A stretch of 64,000 bases of DNA from Tubulanus polymorphus (taxonomy: Eukaryota > Animalia > Nemertea). Positions 37,846 through 51,176 of the stretch are shown one piece after another (the stretch's first letter is position 1; the number at the start of each line of letters is the position of its first letter). The notes under the pieces were generated by a model. It had not been told where the DNA came from. It was given only the letters and a program-made list of their open reading frames with translations, and searched no databases. The translations under genes were made by a program, and so were the position numbers. The DNA lies in assembly GCF_964204645.1 (NCBI RefSeq), contig NC_134025.1, positions 31,636,688-31,700,687 on the forward strand. The letters are read 5' to 3'.

Positions 37846-38891
37846 GCTGCTGCTGCTGCTGCTGGAACCAGGGGACGGGAGATCTAACCTCGAGATCTGA
37901 CACCAGGGGACGCGATATCTCAGAAAATAGTTAGTTCTATCAGCTGCCACCAGGGTATATTTTAGATTTTTCGTAATATGTGCCGGTTATTTCAATCGAA
38001 CAAGATTTAATTAATAAACTTCGAACACAACGAACTAAGAGACAGAAACAGCGAGAGAGGGAGAGAGGGAGAGAGGGAGAGAGAGAGAGAGAGAGAGGGA
38101 GAGAGGGAGGAGAGAGAGAGGGAGAGAGAGAGAGGGAGGAGAGAGAGGGAGAGAGAGAGGGAGAGAGAGGGAGAGGGAGAGAGAGGGAGGAGAGAGAAAG
38201 AGAGGGAGGAAAGACTCATGCACACAATGAATTGATACAATAATAATAATAGTCAATGCTGCGGCTTCAGTTCGCGTGTTTTCATCACGTTTAGTTCTGA
38301 TAAAAACAACACTCGTATTCCTCGCGCTAATAATAGCGTGTAACCCAAAACCAAATCACTCCTTCCTCTATCGCGTGAATCATGAATGCGTATTGATCTT
38401 ATTATCGTAAGTAGCGCCGCGGTGGTGCGCGTTTTAAATATGGCGTCGTTGCTGACCAACACTTGACGACCTAACGGAAATACTTGTTGGCGCCAGACCT
38501 GTCCCGAACTGTATTCGTGTTGAGACTCGTCAGACCTCTTATATCAGACACTAATCATAGTGAAACCACTGCGCCACATCTCCACATCTCTGCGCTCTCG
38601 AGAGAGCGTGAGATCGCGCTGATAGTGCACGGCAGGGTTTAGGCGCCATTCCGGGCACCGCGGATCACGTTTCGTTTCGTCGAACAAGGATCACGTGATC
38701 CACCCCGCAGTGACGAATCGTTCGATTAAAGACCGCTAGGTGTCACGCTGATTTTAAACTAACCCCCCACGTAGTTTGAATTGGAGAATTGCTCTCGATA
38801 CAATAACCCCGAGAGATGAATGTCGATTATTGAATGTCGAAATTTAATAAAGTAGTTCGAAAGACATACGACATATAAACTGACCACCAGA

Positions 38892-38908
38892 GTAGCAGCA
38901 GCAGCAGC

Positions 38909-38967
<59 letters not shown>
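38892..38967 (+). repeat. (CAG)n microsatellite with an interruption
   Basis: Shorter CAG/CTG runs also occur at ~6690, 9655, 16012, 37843, 43240 and 45955. Confidence 0.95.
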
Positions 38968-38969
<2 letters not shown>

Positions 38970-40905
38970 TCCAATGACTCAGAACTACTGCACTAGTGTT
39001 CACTACACGTTTGATGACAAAAACTCTTCAAATAGCTTCACATCGTAATTACAGCACAAACCCGAGTTCTGCGGCGACACTCCGCAGAGAGAGTAATCTT
39101 CATCTTATCTGACCTCTACCCACCAATAACTTTCATATTGCTATTTTTATTAAAACTAGGAATCATTTTTGCCCGTCAAGTTACGATTGTCAGTTGACAC
39201 TGTTCTATCCCTAGGCTCAGTCAGTGTCAGTCATAAACAGTAATTTTCTGTCGTGGAATGACAAAAACCCATCAAAACTGAACGTGGCTGTCTGCAACAT
39301 GTTGAATTCTTATCCGCTCTCCTCTCTCTCCTCTTTCTTTCTTCTCTCTTCCTTCCTTCCTAAAGAAAAATTACTTTCAAACACACAACCTCGCTACCCT
39401 CTCCCTCCCTCCTCTCCCTCTCTCCTCTCTCTCTCTCTCCTCTCTCCTCTCCCCCTATCTCTCTCCCTCCTCTTCTCCCTCTCCCTCCCTCCTCTCCCTC
39501 TCTCCTCTCTCCTCTCTCTTCCCTCTCTCTCTCCTCTCTCCTCTCCCCCTATCTCTCTCCCTCCCTCCTCTCCCTCTCCCTCCCTCCTCTCCCTCTCTCC
39601 TCTCTCCTCTCTCTTCCCTCTCTCTCTCTCCTCTTTCTTTCTTCTCTCACTCTCTCCTCTCTCTCCTCTCTCCTCTCTCTCTCTCCTCCTCGGGATATGC
39701 GAGGATTTTCGTTGGTAATTAAAAGATTTTAAGTATAGAGATTTTATTTGAGACACTTCGCCTCGAGGGATCTACACAACTGACTTTTGTATAAAACAGT
39801 TTGGATGTCGAGTAAGAGATTATCTTTACATTGAAGAGTCTGAAAATGTGAATGAAATTGAGATAATAATCCTTTACAGTATGACATACAGTCCGAGTCC
39901 TGCTAGAGGGGAGGGGGAGGAGGGAGGGGAGGAGGGAGAGACATCCAGTTAATGCATTCAGACATGTAATTCGATACTAGGTTAGAAGTATGTAATGGAC
40001 CATGTAGTAGACAGCCAGCCCGTGTCCGACTTAAGTGTTACTTTCAGCAAATCATACTGGACTGACTGGTAATAAAGAGATACATCTATAATGCCTATTA
40101 TTTATTGGTTTATCTGTAAAAGCTTCACAAATTCCATAAAACAAACTTTTCGCATTTAAGAATCAAGTCTCATTGCAAAAAAGTTGACCTAATAGTGTAT
40201 GGCGGTGCAAGTATTGATAGTGGGCCTAGAGGCCCTAGGGCTGGTATCTCCCATCTCTCTCTCTCTGTTCGGAGCAGCCAAGGACTGGTACTATTCTCGG
40301 ATTAAATCAGGAGGAGTTAATAATACTCTGTGGCTATTCTATACACCAGGAGTAGGCTCTACACACGGAGTATTAATGATTGTTGTCACCGATGATTCAC
40401 CATCATATAGAATTACTCTATAAACACTAAAGCCCCGAAACAAGTAGCTTTCCTAAAGCTATTGTGTCTTACTAGAATTTCAGTCTCTTGACAATCTATA
40501 AAAAATCCATTCACTCCATTCTACATATTACTACATCACATCCGCCAGTTATATACACAACTTATATCATACAGAACAGAACCCTTTAGCAATAACTGCA
40601 TTCAACTGATTCATTTCATTACAAGTTTCTATTCAAAATATCTCATAATTAAAGATTAATTTAATATTTTCATTACGTCATTTCTATTTCTATCCGGCAG
40701 TCAGCTCAACTCAAGTCAGCTCAACTTCCATACAGCAGTTCTTTTATTCTAAATAGAATTACTATTGGACTGAAAATACAAGAAACGTCGTCGTTTTACC
40801 CAAAAATCGAACATGAAACCTAGGGCTCGAACTTAGGGCCAGACGTAGTATGTCTAGTTACCGTAGGCAAAAGCAAAATTATACCTTGGATCTACGATCT
40901 ACAAT

Positions 40906-41003
40906 CCTAGCTCCACCATAACCCTAACCCTAGCTCGGCTGAGACTCGAACCCGGGCCTGTCATATAGAAACCCAGAGTGTCCACCACTAGACCATAGAG
41001 TTC
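40906..41003 (-). mobile_element. Second, inverted copy of the tRNA-derived telomeric-tail element
   Basis: The reverse complement reads GAACTCTATGGTCTAGTGGTGGACACTCTGGG...CCCGGGTTCGAGTCTCAGCCGAGCTAGGGTTAGGGTTATGGTGGAGCTAGG, which is colinear with 27941-28040. Confidence 0.8.
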
Positions 41004-42690
41004 TATTAAACATCGAGGTTTGAAATTTAGTCTGATCATTATGGTGACCAGTTTTAGGTACGGTGACCCATTGACCAGTCATGTGTGACATTGGTTAAAC
41101 CGGATGTATCATTCTCTTATTATAATAATTTCTCATTTTCTGCATTTTCCAAATTGATAATTGATATTCTGTGTTTGGGTTTGAGTAAAGTCTGAAGGGT
41201 TAATATCCGAACAGAACGAGAACCTCTCTGACCCGCGCGCATCTCAGCTCAGAACAAACATCTGAATCTACTGTGTGTCACAGAAACAATGTGCATCGCG
41301 CGCTAATGAGCAAACTAGGTCATTGATCCGTATTTCCGGTAATGGCGGACCGGGGCAGATGACGTTACCCCCGGGGCGACACGGCCGTCGCCGCGACACT
41401 CAGATCGCTACCAGATGAAAGAGAGAAGTGTCTCATTAAGATTAACACGCGTTCTGATTACGTGCTCTTAAAGTGCTATGAAATTAAACTAATCCAATAA
41501 TCACTGGCTGGACTATACACCCAACGGCTTCCATTATTAACCATCTGGTTGCTATAGACACGCTTCAAATGCGTCAATTAATTCGAGCCAACTGACCACG
41601 CACTGACCACACCTGATTCATATTAAAACCTGCCTAAACTCGCTTTCTAACCGAAATTAATACAGAAAATCTCTTGAGAAGAAAATATTCAAACTTTTTG
41701 TCGACCTCGACTGCCAGTGTTTGATTCGATCTGTGTGATTATCTGAACTCATCGCGAACTCGGATCAGAGTTCTGTATCGATCAGAAAAACACCGTAAAC
41801 ATCAGAGAAGAGAAGAGGAGGAGAAGGAGGAGAATAGAGAATTAATTACTGCTTCAAACAAAAACAATACAAAAAGAAAGACTATAAGAAGCCTTAGTGA
41901 CGTCATTGTGGGGGTATTTCTATTAAAATTCCACCCCCTTCATTGTTAACTATTTAACGAGCCTTGAAGAAAAAACATGTGATAAAAAGGAAACACACAC
42001 AGACACGTGACACACAGACACAAAGTGTCTTTAATGTAAAGGTGCATGGTATAAAACCGAACGGGTCTAAAAAGGTATATTGATTTATACGTCTCTCTCT
42101 CTCTCCGCCGATCCGCCATTGTTTTAATGCATCAATAAATCCAGATCGGAGACAAAGACCGATCGTGGACGTTCAGGTAAAGATGAATCATCCAACACCG
42201 GTTCCCGATATCCATTTATGTTTCGGTAGCGAAATTTAGCACTGTATAGTGTAAAACTGTGTGTAATGTGAGATAATTAGTTCCAGACACGATACATCGA
42301 AAATCACACTTCTGCCCGATTATGAATCATTTTTGTAAAACAATCGCTTTTCCTTTGAAGCTTTAAATAAAAATGTCGACGCAAGTTTCAGCATCCAATA
42401 AAATGACGACCAATAGAATTGGAGAAAGTTGTGACAGATTTTAACCTCTCTGCCTTAAGGAGGAATGTACACTTCAGTAATAAAATTCATTTAATTGGAT
42501 CCACGGTCGTGCCGGCGGCGGGTAGATCTCTCACTATATCACGGAACTGGACTTTCTAGTGGCGCTGGAGGACTGATCGCCTAGCGGTTGAAATTGGAGA
42601 GTTATTGGTAAATGAAGCGTGGATGCGATGTTTATTCAGATTACAGACTAGAAACAAAGACTAAAACCCAATACGAGACCTAATAACACA

Positions 42691-42850
42691 GGACTAACTG
42701 ACTAGTCACACGGGAGAGGCGGACTAACTGACTAGTCATGGGGGAAGAGGACTAACTGACTAGTCACAGGAAGAGGAGGACTAACCAACTAGTCACAGGG
42801 AGAGGCGGACTGACTAGTCACAGGAAGAGGAGGACTAACTGACTAGTCAC
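42691..42850 (+). repeat. ~29-bp minisatellite with palindromic TGACTAGTCA core, ~6 copies
   Basis: GGACTAACTGACTAGTCACAGGAAGAGGA and variants. Confidence 0.92.
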
Positions 42851-43620
42851 GAGGAGTTACTGTAGTGATGGCAGGAGTGGAGAAGGACTAACCGATATTC
42901 AAGAGTTATTTTTCTTTCCTACACTTTTTCGCAGAAATCCACAGCCGCAACAAACATCGATTCTGTGAAGTCCCCCGCGACGCCGACTGTGGCGAGTGAG
43001 GTTCGCAGTGGGATGAAGTTTTCAATTATCTTTGCTTTTATCAACATTTTCTGAATCATGCCTCGCCCGTTTTGAAATTGGCTCGGTTCGATATTTTTAA
43101 CGAGAAAAATACCATTTCAGCTTCGATTTAATGGAACTAAAAACATGAAAAACTCTTTTTCTTTTGCTCCCGCGCGAAAACTTCAACCTTCTTTAGACAT
43201 CTTGTAAGATCGAGATATTCAATTTATGACTCGAGTGCTGCAGCTGCTGCTGCTGCTGCTGCTGTTTGCGGTTTGCGGTTTATTAATCTCAATCGCTTGT
43301 TGCATCGTTCAATGACTGGGAGACACATTAGTCATAGTTTTATAAGACTGTTGAAACGTGTAATACTGTCTCTAACGGTCAGGGGTATTGGTTCTCATTA
43401 AGACTGTATTTTCTGATAGTAGATTTCAGCTATTGATAGCTGTAATAGGTTCTACATGAATGTCATGTCGCTCGCTGTGAGGCTACGATTGTTTTTAATA
43501 TGATTCATCTCAACTCGCAACTCGAGGAGTCGAGTCGATAGAAAAACAACACGTTTTTATTCTGTAGAAATAACGATAGCGATAGTTCCAAACACACGCA
43601 GACTACAGACACTGCGGTTA

Positions 43621-44421
43621 CAGTGAACCTCACTAATAGCCCTGAACAGTGGACCTCACTAATAGCCCTGAACAGTGGACCTCACTAATAGCCCTGAACA
43701 GTGGACCTCACTAATAGCCCTGAACAGTGGACTTCACTAATAGCCCTGAACAGTGGACCTCACAAATAGCCCTGAACAGTGGACCTCACTAATAGCCCTG
43801 AACAGTGGACCTCACTAATAGCCCTGAACAGTGGACCTCACAAATAGCCCTGAACAGTGGACCTCACTAATAGCCCTGAACAGTGGACCTCACTAATAGC
43901 CCTGAACAGTGGACCTCACTAATAGCCCTGAACAGTGGACCTCACTAATAGCCCTGAACAGTGGACCTCACTAATAGCCCTGAACAGTGGACCTCACTAA
44001 TAGCCCTGAACAGTGGACCTCACTAATAGCCCTGAACAGTGGACCTCACAAATAGCCCTGAACAGTGGACCTCACTAATAGCCCTGAACAGTGGACCTCA
44101 CTAATAGCCCTGAACAGTGGACCTCACAAATAGCCCTGAACAGTGGACCTCACTAATAGCCCTGAACAGTGGACCTCACTAATAGCCCTGAACAGTGGAC
44201 CTCACTAATAGCCCTGAACAGTGGACCTCACTAATAGCCCTGAACAGTGGACCTCACTAATAGCCCTGAACAGTGGACCTCACAAATAGCCCTGAACAGT
44301 GGACCTCACTAATAGCCCTGAACAGTGGACCTCACTAATAGTCCTGAACAGTGGACCTCACTAATAGCCCTGAACAGTGGACCTCACTAATAGCCCTGAA
44401 CAGTGGACCTCACTAATAGCC
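43621..44421 (+). repeat. 26-bp minisatellite, ~31 near-identical copies
   Basis: CAGTGGACCTCACTAATAGCCCTGAA. Confidence 0.99.
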
Positions 44422-47400
44422 TTACAAGCGCCACACGATACGGCTACAGGGGGCCTCAGTGGCACAATATGTCATACATTTGACCTCACAACACAGCAGT
44501 GGGCTATGGGCTTCATTGAATACATTGTGGACCTCATTTAGTTTGGGCTTCATACGTAGGGCCAAATGTGGGCTGGTGGGCTTCATACTCTTGCTGTCCT
44601 GGCAATTCTAGGTGTGCCTGAGCGAGGCTGTCAGACAGGATGCCCACCGATAGTCATCATTTTATATTCATTCAGTATTAACTGCTGCAGCCTTTGGTGA
44701 CACGTGGTCATGATATCTCCTTATATGGAATGAAACTAGAGAATGATTTGAATCTGAACTCGGATTCAGTTATAATCACACGATTGATCCCTAGAGATTC
44801 TAGTAATTACTGATTTATCGTTAAATATGTAAAACCTGATTACGATTCAATGATTTAGTCATAACTGATCAAACGACATGCGTCATTTCACTAACAACAT
44901 ACGTTATGTCTCAATACAAGTCGTGATCAGTCGAGCGTATTGTTCGAATAGGTTCGAATCCCAAAAATGCTCATCGGCGGGTTCGAATCCTTTTTTTTCA
45001 TACGCATTTCAGATCACGGTATAATCGGTATTTTCCGTCAATCCCCCGAACACTCCCGAGTAGGCCGTGCTATCGTCTGGTCTGCTATTGATTGTTCGGT
45101 ATAAGATGTAGTTGTACTAATAACACGTATTCAATTACAGTATAAATCCTGTACAGTATTTTGTCGTCTGCGGAGCCGATTTATTCCCAGTAAGAACAGA
45201 CGCGACACAAGAATCTCTCATTCTGTTGTTAGTTTTTGATCCTATTGATCGCGCCCACAGCTGCCTGCGACCATCAAACTTCCCAAGAACTAAATAACCA
45301 ATCAATACCCGCAGATTACATACATCATTTTACATCCAAATAAATCCATACTAGTAGCATCCTGCAAAATCTCTTCATTTTAGAAATTATAGATTTCTGC
45401 AGTTTAACTCAGAGCGCCGGATATAAACACCCGGATGTGACGTGTCACTACGTTCAGCCACAACTTTCCGGCGATCGTAAGGTTTCTTTTTCCATTAAGA
45501 AAATTGTTTAATCAACATTTAGACATGAAAATCCCCGACCGGCGATTAGGGAAAACTGTGATGATGATCGCCGTAATTATCCCAAAATCGTGGAAATCCT
45601 TGGCTGAAGATTTCGCCTAGAATAAGAATCCGTGTTCCATATAACAGTTGTAGATAATTAGTCAAATTCAATTCTCTTTGAAGATCTACCGTCTAACTTC
45701 GGGCCAAGATAAACCCGCTCTTCGATCTCGACAATCGACGAATCAACCAATTAAAATTAAGATTCCACCCGTTGCTAAGTACGTCTGAATGACGTCATAC
45801 GCGTATTGTTATAACGGAGTGAATAAAGATTCTTCAGTCAATTAAAATTCCGGCAACCAATTATAGAACATAGCGACAATTTACAACAGTGACTTGAGAG
45901 GAGACAGTATTTCCACAATGAGTCACACACGTAATTCCTTCACAGAAATAAAAGGCAGCAGCAGCAGCAGCAGCAATGATCATCAGTTGAGTGTGACTGT
46001 CCCCCGGGGAGTCAGGCGGGTGTCACTATGAGCTATACTCGTCGTGGAATGAGGGAAACTCAACACTTAGTTTACTCTTCACGTTCCTTAAGACCTCGCC
46101 ATATAATACATTAGATATTCGACATTAGATTTCATACGAAACCGTGAATTGAGCGTGTTAACACGAGGGGAGGGGAGGGGGAGATGACAGGGCGCCTTGA
46201 ACTACCCACCCCCTTTCCGCCCTAATACTGAAATCACGTGTCTTTAAAAAATATCGTTTTTCAAATAATTTTCGAAATTCACATTTCGAAACTGGCATCA
46301 CGTGACATTTTGTTTGTTAACGTTGTTTCTGCGGAGACAGTGATCATTAATCACGTGACCCGCGTTGATATTCCGATTTACTGGTGAATTGCTCTTACTG
46401 TTGTTTACCCATAATACAACACCACTTTACCCATAATACAACACCACTTACTACTATCTAAATCAACGACATAATTCAAACAATTGCTCTTCTCTCTTCT
46501 CTCTTCTTTCCTCTCTTCTCTGCTCTTCTCTGCTCTTCTCTGAGACGAGAAGCGGAGACAGTTACTATCACTATCGTTAAAGATTCATTCAGCTCGCAGA
46601 CGGAGAGAGAGTGGAGCGCTGTTGTGTCTATATTAATATCGCTTGGCGCAAACTAATTGAATTCTAGAGTAAACACTAAATGACGTACGACGACAAGTCC
46701 CTGGAAATTGATCCTCCATTGGGTTCTATTGGTTGACCTAGCAACCCCGGCGCACGCGCACTACACGGCCGATCCTCTGGGGGACAGGAAGTAAACACGG
46801 GAACCTTTTGTAGCTTTTGAAACAGTTTGATTGAAATCAAGTCCCGGTTTATGAGAGCGAGAGTTAATTGAAATACGTAGTTGAGATGATGATGGTGGTT
46901 TGTCCCCTGGAGGCACCGTCAACATTACTACACTACACCTGATGCGTACTTTACTGTGTACCGGAAGTGTTAGAGTTTCGGTCAGGCACTTCCGCTGTCA
47001 TCACGATGACAACCACAACTGACAAATTAAGAATCGTCAACTTGAGGAGACAGCGAGCCAACAGCTGCGGATATAGTTAATACATGTTGGTTTTAGTTAA
47101 ACTCTTTGTGGTTAATGGGGGTCTTACTAACACATATAGTGACAATTAAAACCGCGCTCATGTAATCATGGTTTATATTAAAACAAACCTTTGAGTGACT
47201 GGTTTCAGATTTAGATCCAGTTCCACAGTTGTAAGTTGAGACTCTTATGGTTTCATTGTCATATGAAAAATAACATTAAACTCAAAACTGTGTTAAACAG
47301 GATGAATTGAATTGAAGGGGGCGCTACAGTCTATGCGAGATTATATTAAACACTTTCAGTGTCGCGTGTGATACACATTAAATTAAAGGTGACTCGGTGA

Positions 47401-47836
47401 ATCAGGATATTGTATTTAAACTCGTTCTATAGTGAAACAGGAAAACCTCAAAATTAACTCTTTCATCAACTCAGCGACGACGTTACCCCGGTAACTGTTA
47501 CCCAGGTAACCACCAAGCAGACAGACGGTGTGAACGCGCACCTGCCGGTTATAGATCGTGTCGGATTTCACGGTGAAATATTCCCTTTTTAAATGCCGAC
47601 TGTAACTAATGAATTCTTGCTCCGTGAATAGCTTTGACAGTGTGTACAGTAAACGGTAAAATAACAGAGTAGCTAACAGCGAAAAAACCAGTGAACCATT
47701 CGCGGGCGGCGCGCACCTTGCTCGCGCACCTTGTAACCCCTTTATACGGGACCACATCACCATTACACCCCTAATTGTAGTATGGGCGATTTGTTTATTA
47801 TCATATCATATAAAGTCTGATTTTGGTCTCATGCCC

Positions 47837-47933
47837 CCGGAACGGACGCTCATAGATGAATGAACGGACCCGGGAAAGGACGCTCATAGATGAATGAACG
47901 GACCTCGGAACGGACGCTCATAGATGAATGAAC
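47837..47933 (+). repeat. ~34-bp unit x3
   Basis: GGAACGGACGCTCATAGATGAATGAACGGACC. Confidence 0.92.
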
Positions 47934-48434
47934 AGATGATATGAATACATTCTGTGAATATCAGATCCGATTTCAAAACAAATATGGACGGATTAATAGT
48001 TATAGGAATCGTTATTACCAGAGACATCAAATTGCAATCATCAGTATCTCTGTGTCCCTCTGTCTACCACTCCTTACAATACGGCTCTTTGCAATATAAT
48101 TGTCATGCGGTAGAATCGAATATCGTATTTTTCAGAAACCCGATACCCGATAACATTTTCTGTCTTTCTCGTTCCACTCGTTCCTTGTTTTCCATCGACC
48201 CGATCCGATGTACCCTCCTCTCACAGTGGTACTGAACACGACTCAATATTCTTCTCCACGCAACTTCATAAAAATATTCCACAAATCTGTAGGTTGATAA
48301 TTTAAAGGGGTTTTGTGATGATTCGTTATGAATTGAAACACAACGAGGGGGGTACCACAAGGTGATGAGGTGGGGCCCGGGCACCGAGGGGAGTACCGTA
48401 ATGTGGGGATAGCGTACTACCAAAAGAGGGGAGT

Positions 48435-48934
48435 CTGTACCACAGTGTGAGGTGAGTGTCTGCCTCTGTACCACAGCGAGAGGTGAGTGTCTGCCTCTGT
48501 ACCACGTGTGAGGTGAGTATCTGCCTGTACCACAGCGAGAGGTGAGTGTCTGCCTGTACCACAGCGTGAGGAGGGACGCTGCCTGTACCACAGCGAGAGG
48601 TGAGTGTCTGTCTGTACCACAGCGTGAGGAGGGACGCTGCCTGTACCACAGTGAGAGGTGAGTGTCAGCCTCTGTACCACAGCGAGAGGAGGGACGCCGC
48701 CTGTACCACAGTGAGAGGAGGGACGCCGCCTGTACCACAGTGAGAGGTGAGTGTCTGCCTCTGTACCACAGCGTGAGGAGGGACGCTGCCTGTACCACAG
48801 TGAGAGGTGAGTGTCTGTCTGTACCACAGCGAGAGGTGAGTGTCTGTCTGTACCACAGCGAGAGGAGGGACGCTGCCTGTACCACAGCGAGAGGTGAGTG
48901 TCTGCCTCTGTACCACCGCGAGAGGTGAGTGAGT
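48435..48934 (+). repeat. Two-variant composite minisatellite (~29-31-bp units)
   Basis: A shared CTGTACCACAG is followed by either ..GAGAGGTGAGTGTCTG or ..GAGGAGGGACGCYGC. Confidence 0.95.
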
Positions 48935-51149
48935 AATAGTTAGACTGTTGATGTGGTATTACACCTGACCGCATTGAAGGCGGTGAGAAAGTTGAAGTAA
49001 TAGCGCAACACATTGAACCAACACCTAATACAGCTAGTTATCACTGCACGAGAACTTCTGAGAAATCTGGCAGTAACTTCAATAAATAGCTTCATTAGTC
49101 TAAATGAAGGCATTATAGAGACCATGTTTCTGTAGTACCCCTCATTACTAAGAGGTCCCCCCTACACCTCGCGTGAACAGGAATCGGCACATGTTTGACT
49201 TCTGCTTTTTGTAAAATCCGACAGATATAAACATCAAGACGGGGATGCCTCAGGAACATGGATTATAGACCGGCTATGGGGTCTATAATGACCTGGGGTA
49301 AAGCTCCATCTATTGGTTCGATCAGAAATAGTCTCTCTAGTTGTAGGTTGAAGTAATGTCGGTATTTAGGAAACGGTTGATAAAGAGTTAACTGTTTAGT
49401 TTCGATTCGGATATGGATGACGCGATGTCTACTGAACAATACCGGAAATTACTTCTCGGTCTGTCCACAGCAGGTGCGCGCAGGTGCGCGGTCGCCGCGT
49501 GTGTTAGTGTCAAAAGAAAAGTGCCCGGATGATGAGAAGTAGTAAGTTGGAAAGTTGAGTTCTTCAGGCAACCGAGAAACAGATTAACTAAATCTGCAAA
49601 ATTGATATTGATTTGATCCAAGTTATAATCCTGACCGAAGGGCTGTGATTTAGTGTTGTGGAATTTGAACGCTGTTTCGCTGCTAAAGTGTAAAGTACAA
49701 CTACTTGACTCTCGTTCTGGGGGAAGATTTCAGCCTTAATTAAAAACAGATTTAAATGACGGCGTCTTATGCGCAAGAACTGATGAACAGTTTATTGACG
49801 CAACGATAGCTTAAAGCGTTCAACGGATCGATTCAACACTAACACAAACTCGCATGCCGGTGCCTGCTGCCTGTTGTGTTAAAAGCCATTAGTTTTTCGG
49901 TAAAACGACGGTAGAAACGATTTTCGATCGGATTTTTACAGACCGAATAAAAAACCTCACCTTCTCTCGTCTGCTCATAGAAGAACATTGATAATCAATT
50001 TGAATAAAAACACGGCAGCAATTTCTTCAAAATCCGCCACCGTATTTAGATTATGACGTCATCATTCTTTCAAATCTATCCATAAAAGTTTCACCCGATA
50101 GTTAATATAGCTCAAGGGCCGGTTGTTTAAGACCTCTGCTTATTTTTGGCGAACTTTGATCTAACAACATTATAAAGTCCATGTCTAAGACCATTCTGGT
50201 CCAGTCAGACCAGTCAGAAACCCAGTATGACCAATCTTACAACAAGGGCTCATTTTCAATTTCTTCAACAAATCATCATTTTCTGTATCTAAGAGTGAGA
50301 AATGATTAACTCCAAGGTTTCTGTCGTTAGTAGATATGTCCAGTCGCTATGAAGCTGCACTGGGATGACCGTTAGGTTTTAACAGTTCCAACATCAGAGA
50401 AAGTAAACACACACTGCTGTTAAACTAATATTAGTGGATGTTGTAACATCTGATCAAACATTTAAATATCTACTGTCCATTATTGTTGTCGTTGTGATGG
50501 TTACCGAATAGATCGATACAGAATTATTGATCGTTCGAACCCAGGTACAATGCTCGTATACGGAATACAGTAGATCAAACTTTGACAATAACAATGGCGG
50601 TTGCTTGACTTCTCTCATTTGAAAGTTCGCAACTAGTGAGTCCCTGGCAGGCGAGGCTTCCGAAACTAGTTTTTTTTACATTTCATATTGTGCATGATTA
50701 ATAGTGGACTATATGACCCCGGCGTAGCAATACATCTCGTGATGCGGAGATTGAGAACCGATTTACCGTCAAAATGTCAGATTAGTTTGTTTAGCTCTCC
50801 GCCGAACAAAAAACCAGCTTTTAGGAAAACAAACATCAGTTTGCAGCAGCAGCATCATCCAGATTGACTGCAGTAAAGATACGGATGCTGGGGTCGATGG
50901 TGGATGGATGCAGCAATTTTAACAGCTACCATGACGACAGAAGATGAAACATCATCATATAGTTTGGAATCTAATCTTTGAAACTGAGTCTGATCGGCTG
51001 CAGACGGTGCAGTCCCTGCGTGGCGAGTCCTGTTACACTCAGCTGCATCAGTAATCACAGAACCGGGCACCAGTCCATATTACACGAGCACAGGTCATAG
51101 TACACGGTCACCAGTCCATTCTTAGCTCGGGGCACACGCAACGTGATTC

Positions 51150-51176
51150 CATAGAACTCAAATCAAGAGTTCTATG
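51150..51176. mobile_element. 27-bp hairpin mini-insertion with a 7-bp target-site duplication
   Basis: The structure is GTGATTC [CATAGAACTC-AAATCAA-GAGTTCTATG] GTGATTC: perfect 10-bp arms, CA...TG termini and a perfect flanking direct repeat. Confidence 0.7.

Noticed and set aside
43621-44421. CRISPR-like 26-bp repeats (also the 29-bp array at 34753 and the array at 48435)
   Set aside because: The units are head-to-tail with no unique spacers, there are no cas genes, and the context is eukaryotic.
48103-49013. Long overlapping ORFs of up to 260 aa
   Set aside because: These are translations of a stop-poor minisatellite in several frames. The same applies to the ORFs at 529, 10425, 12257, 26928 and 39224.
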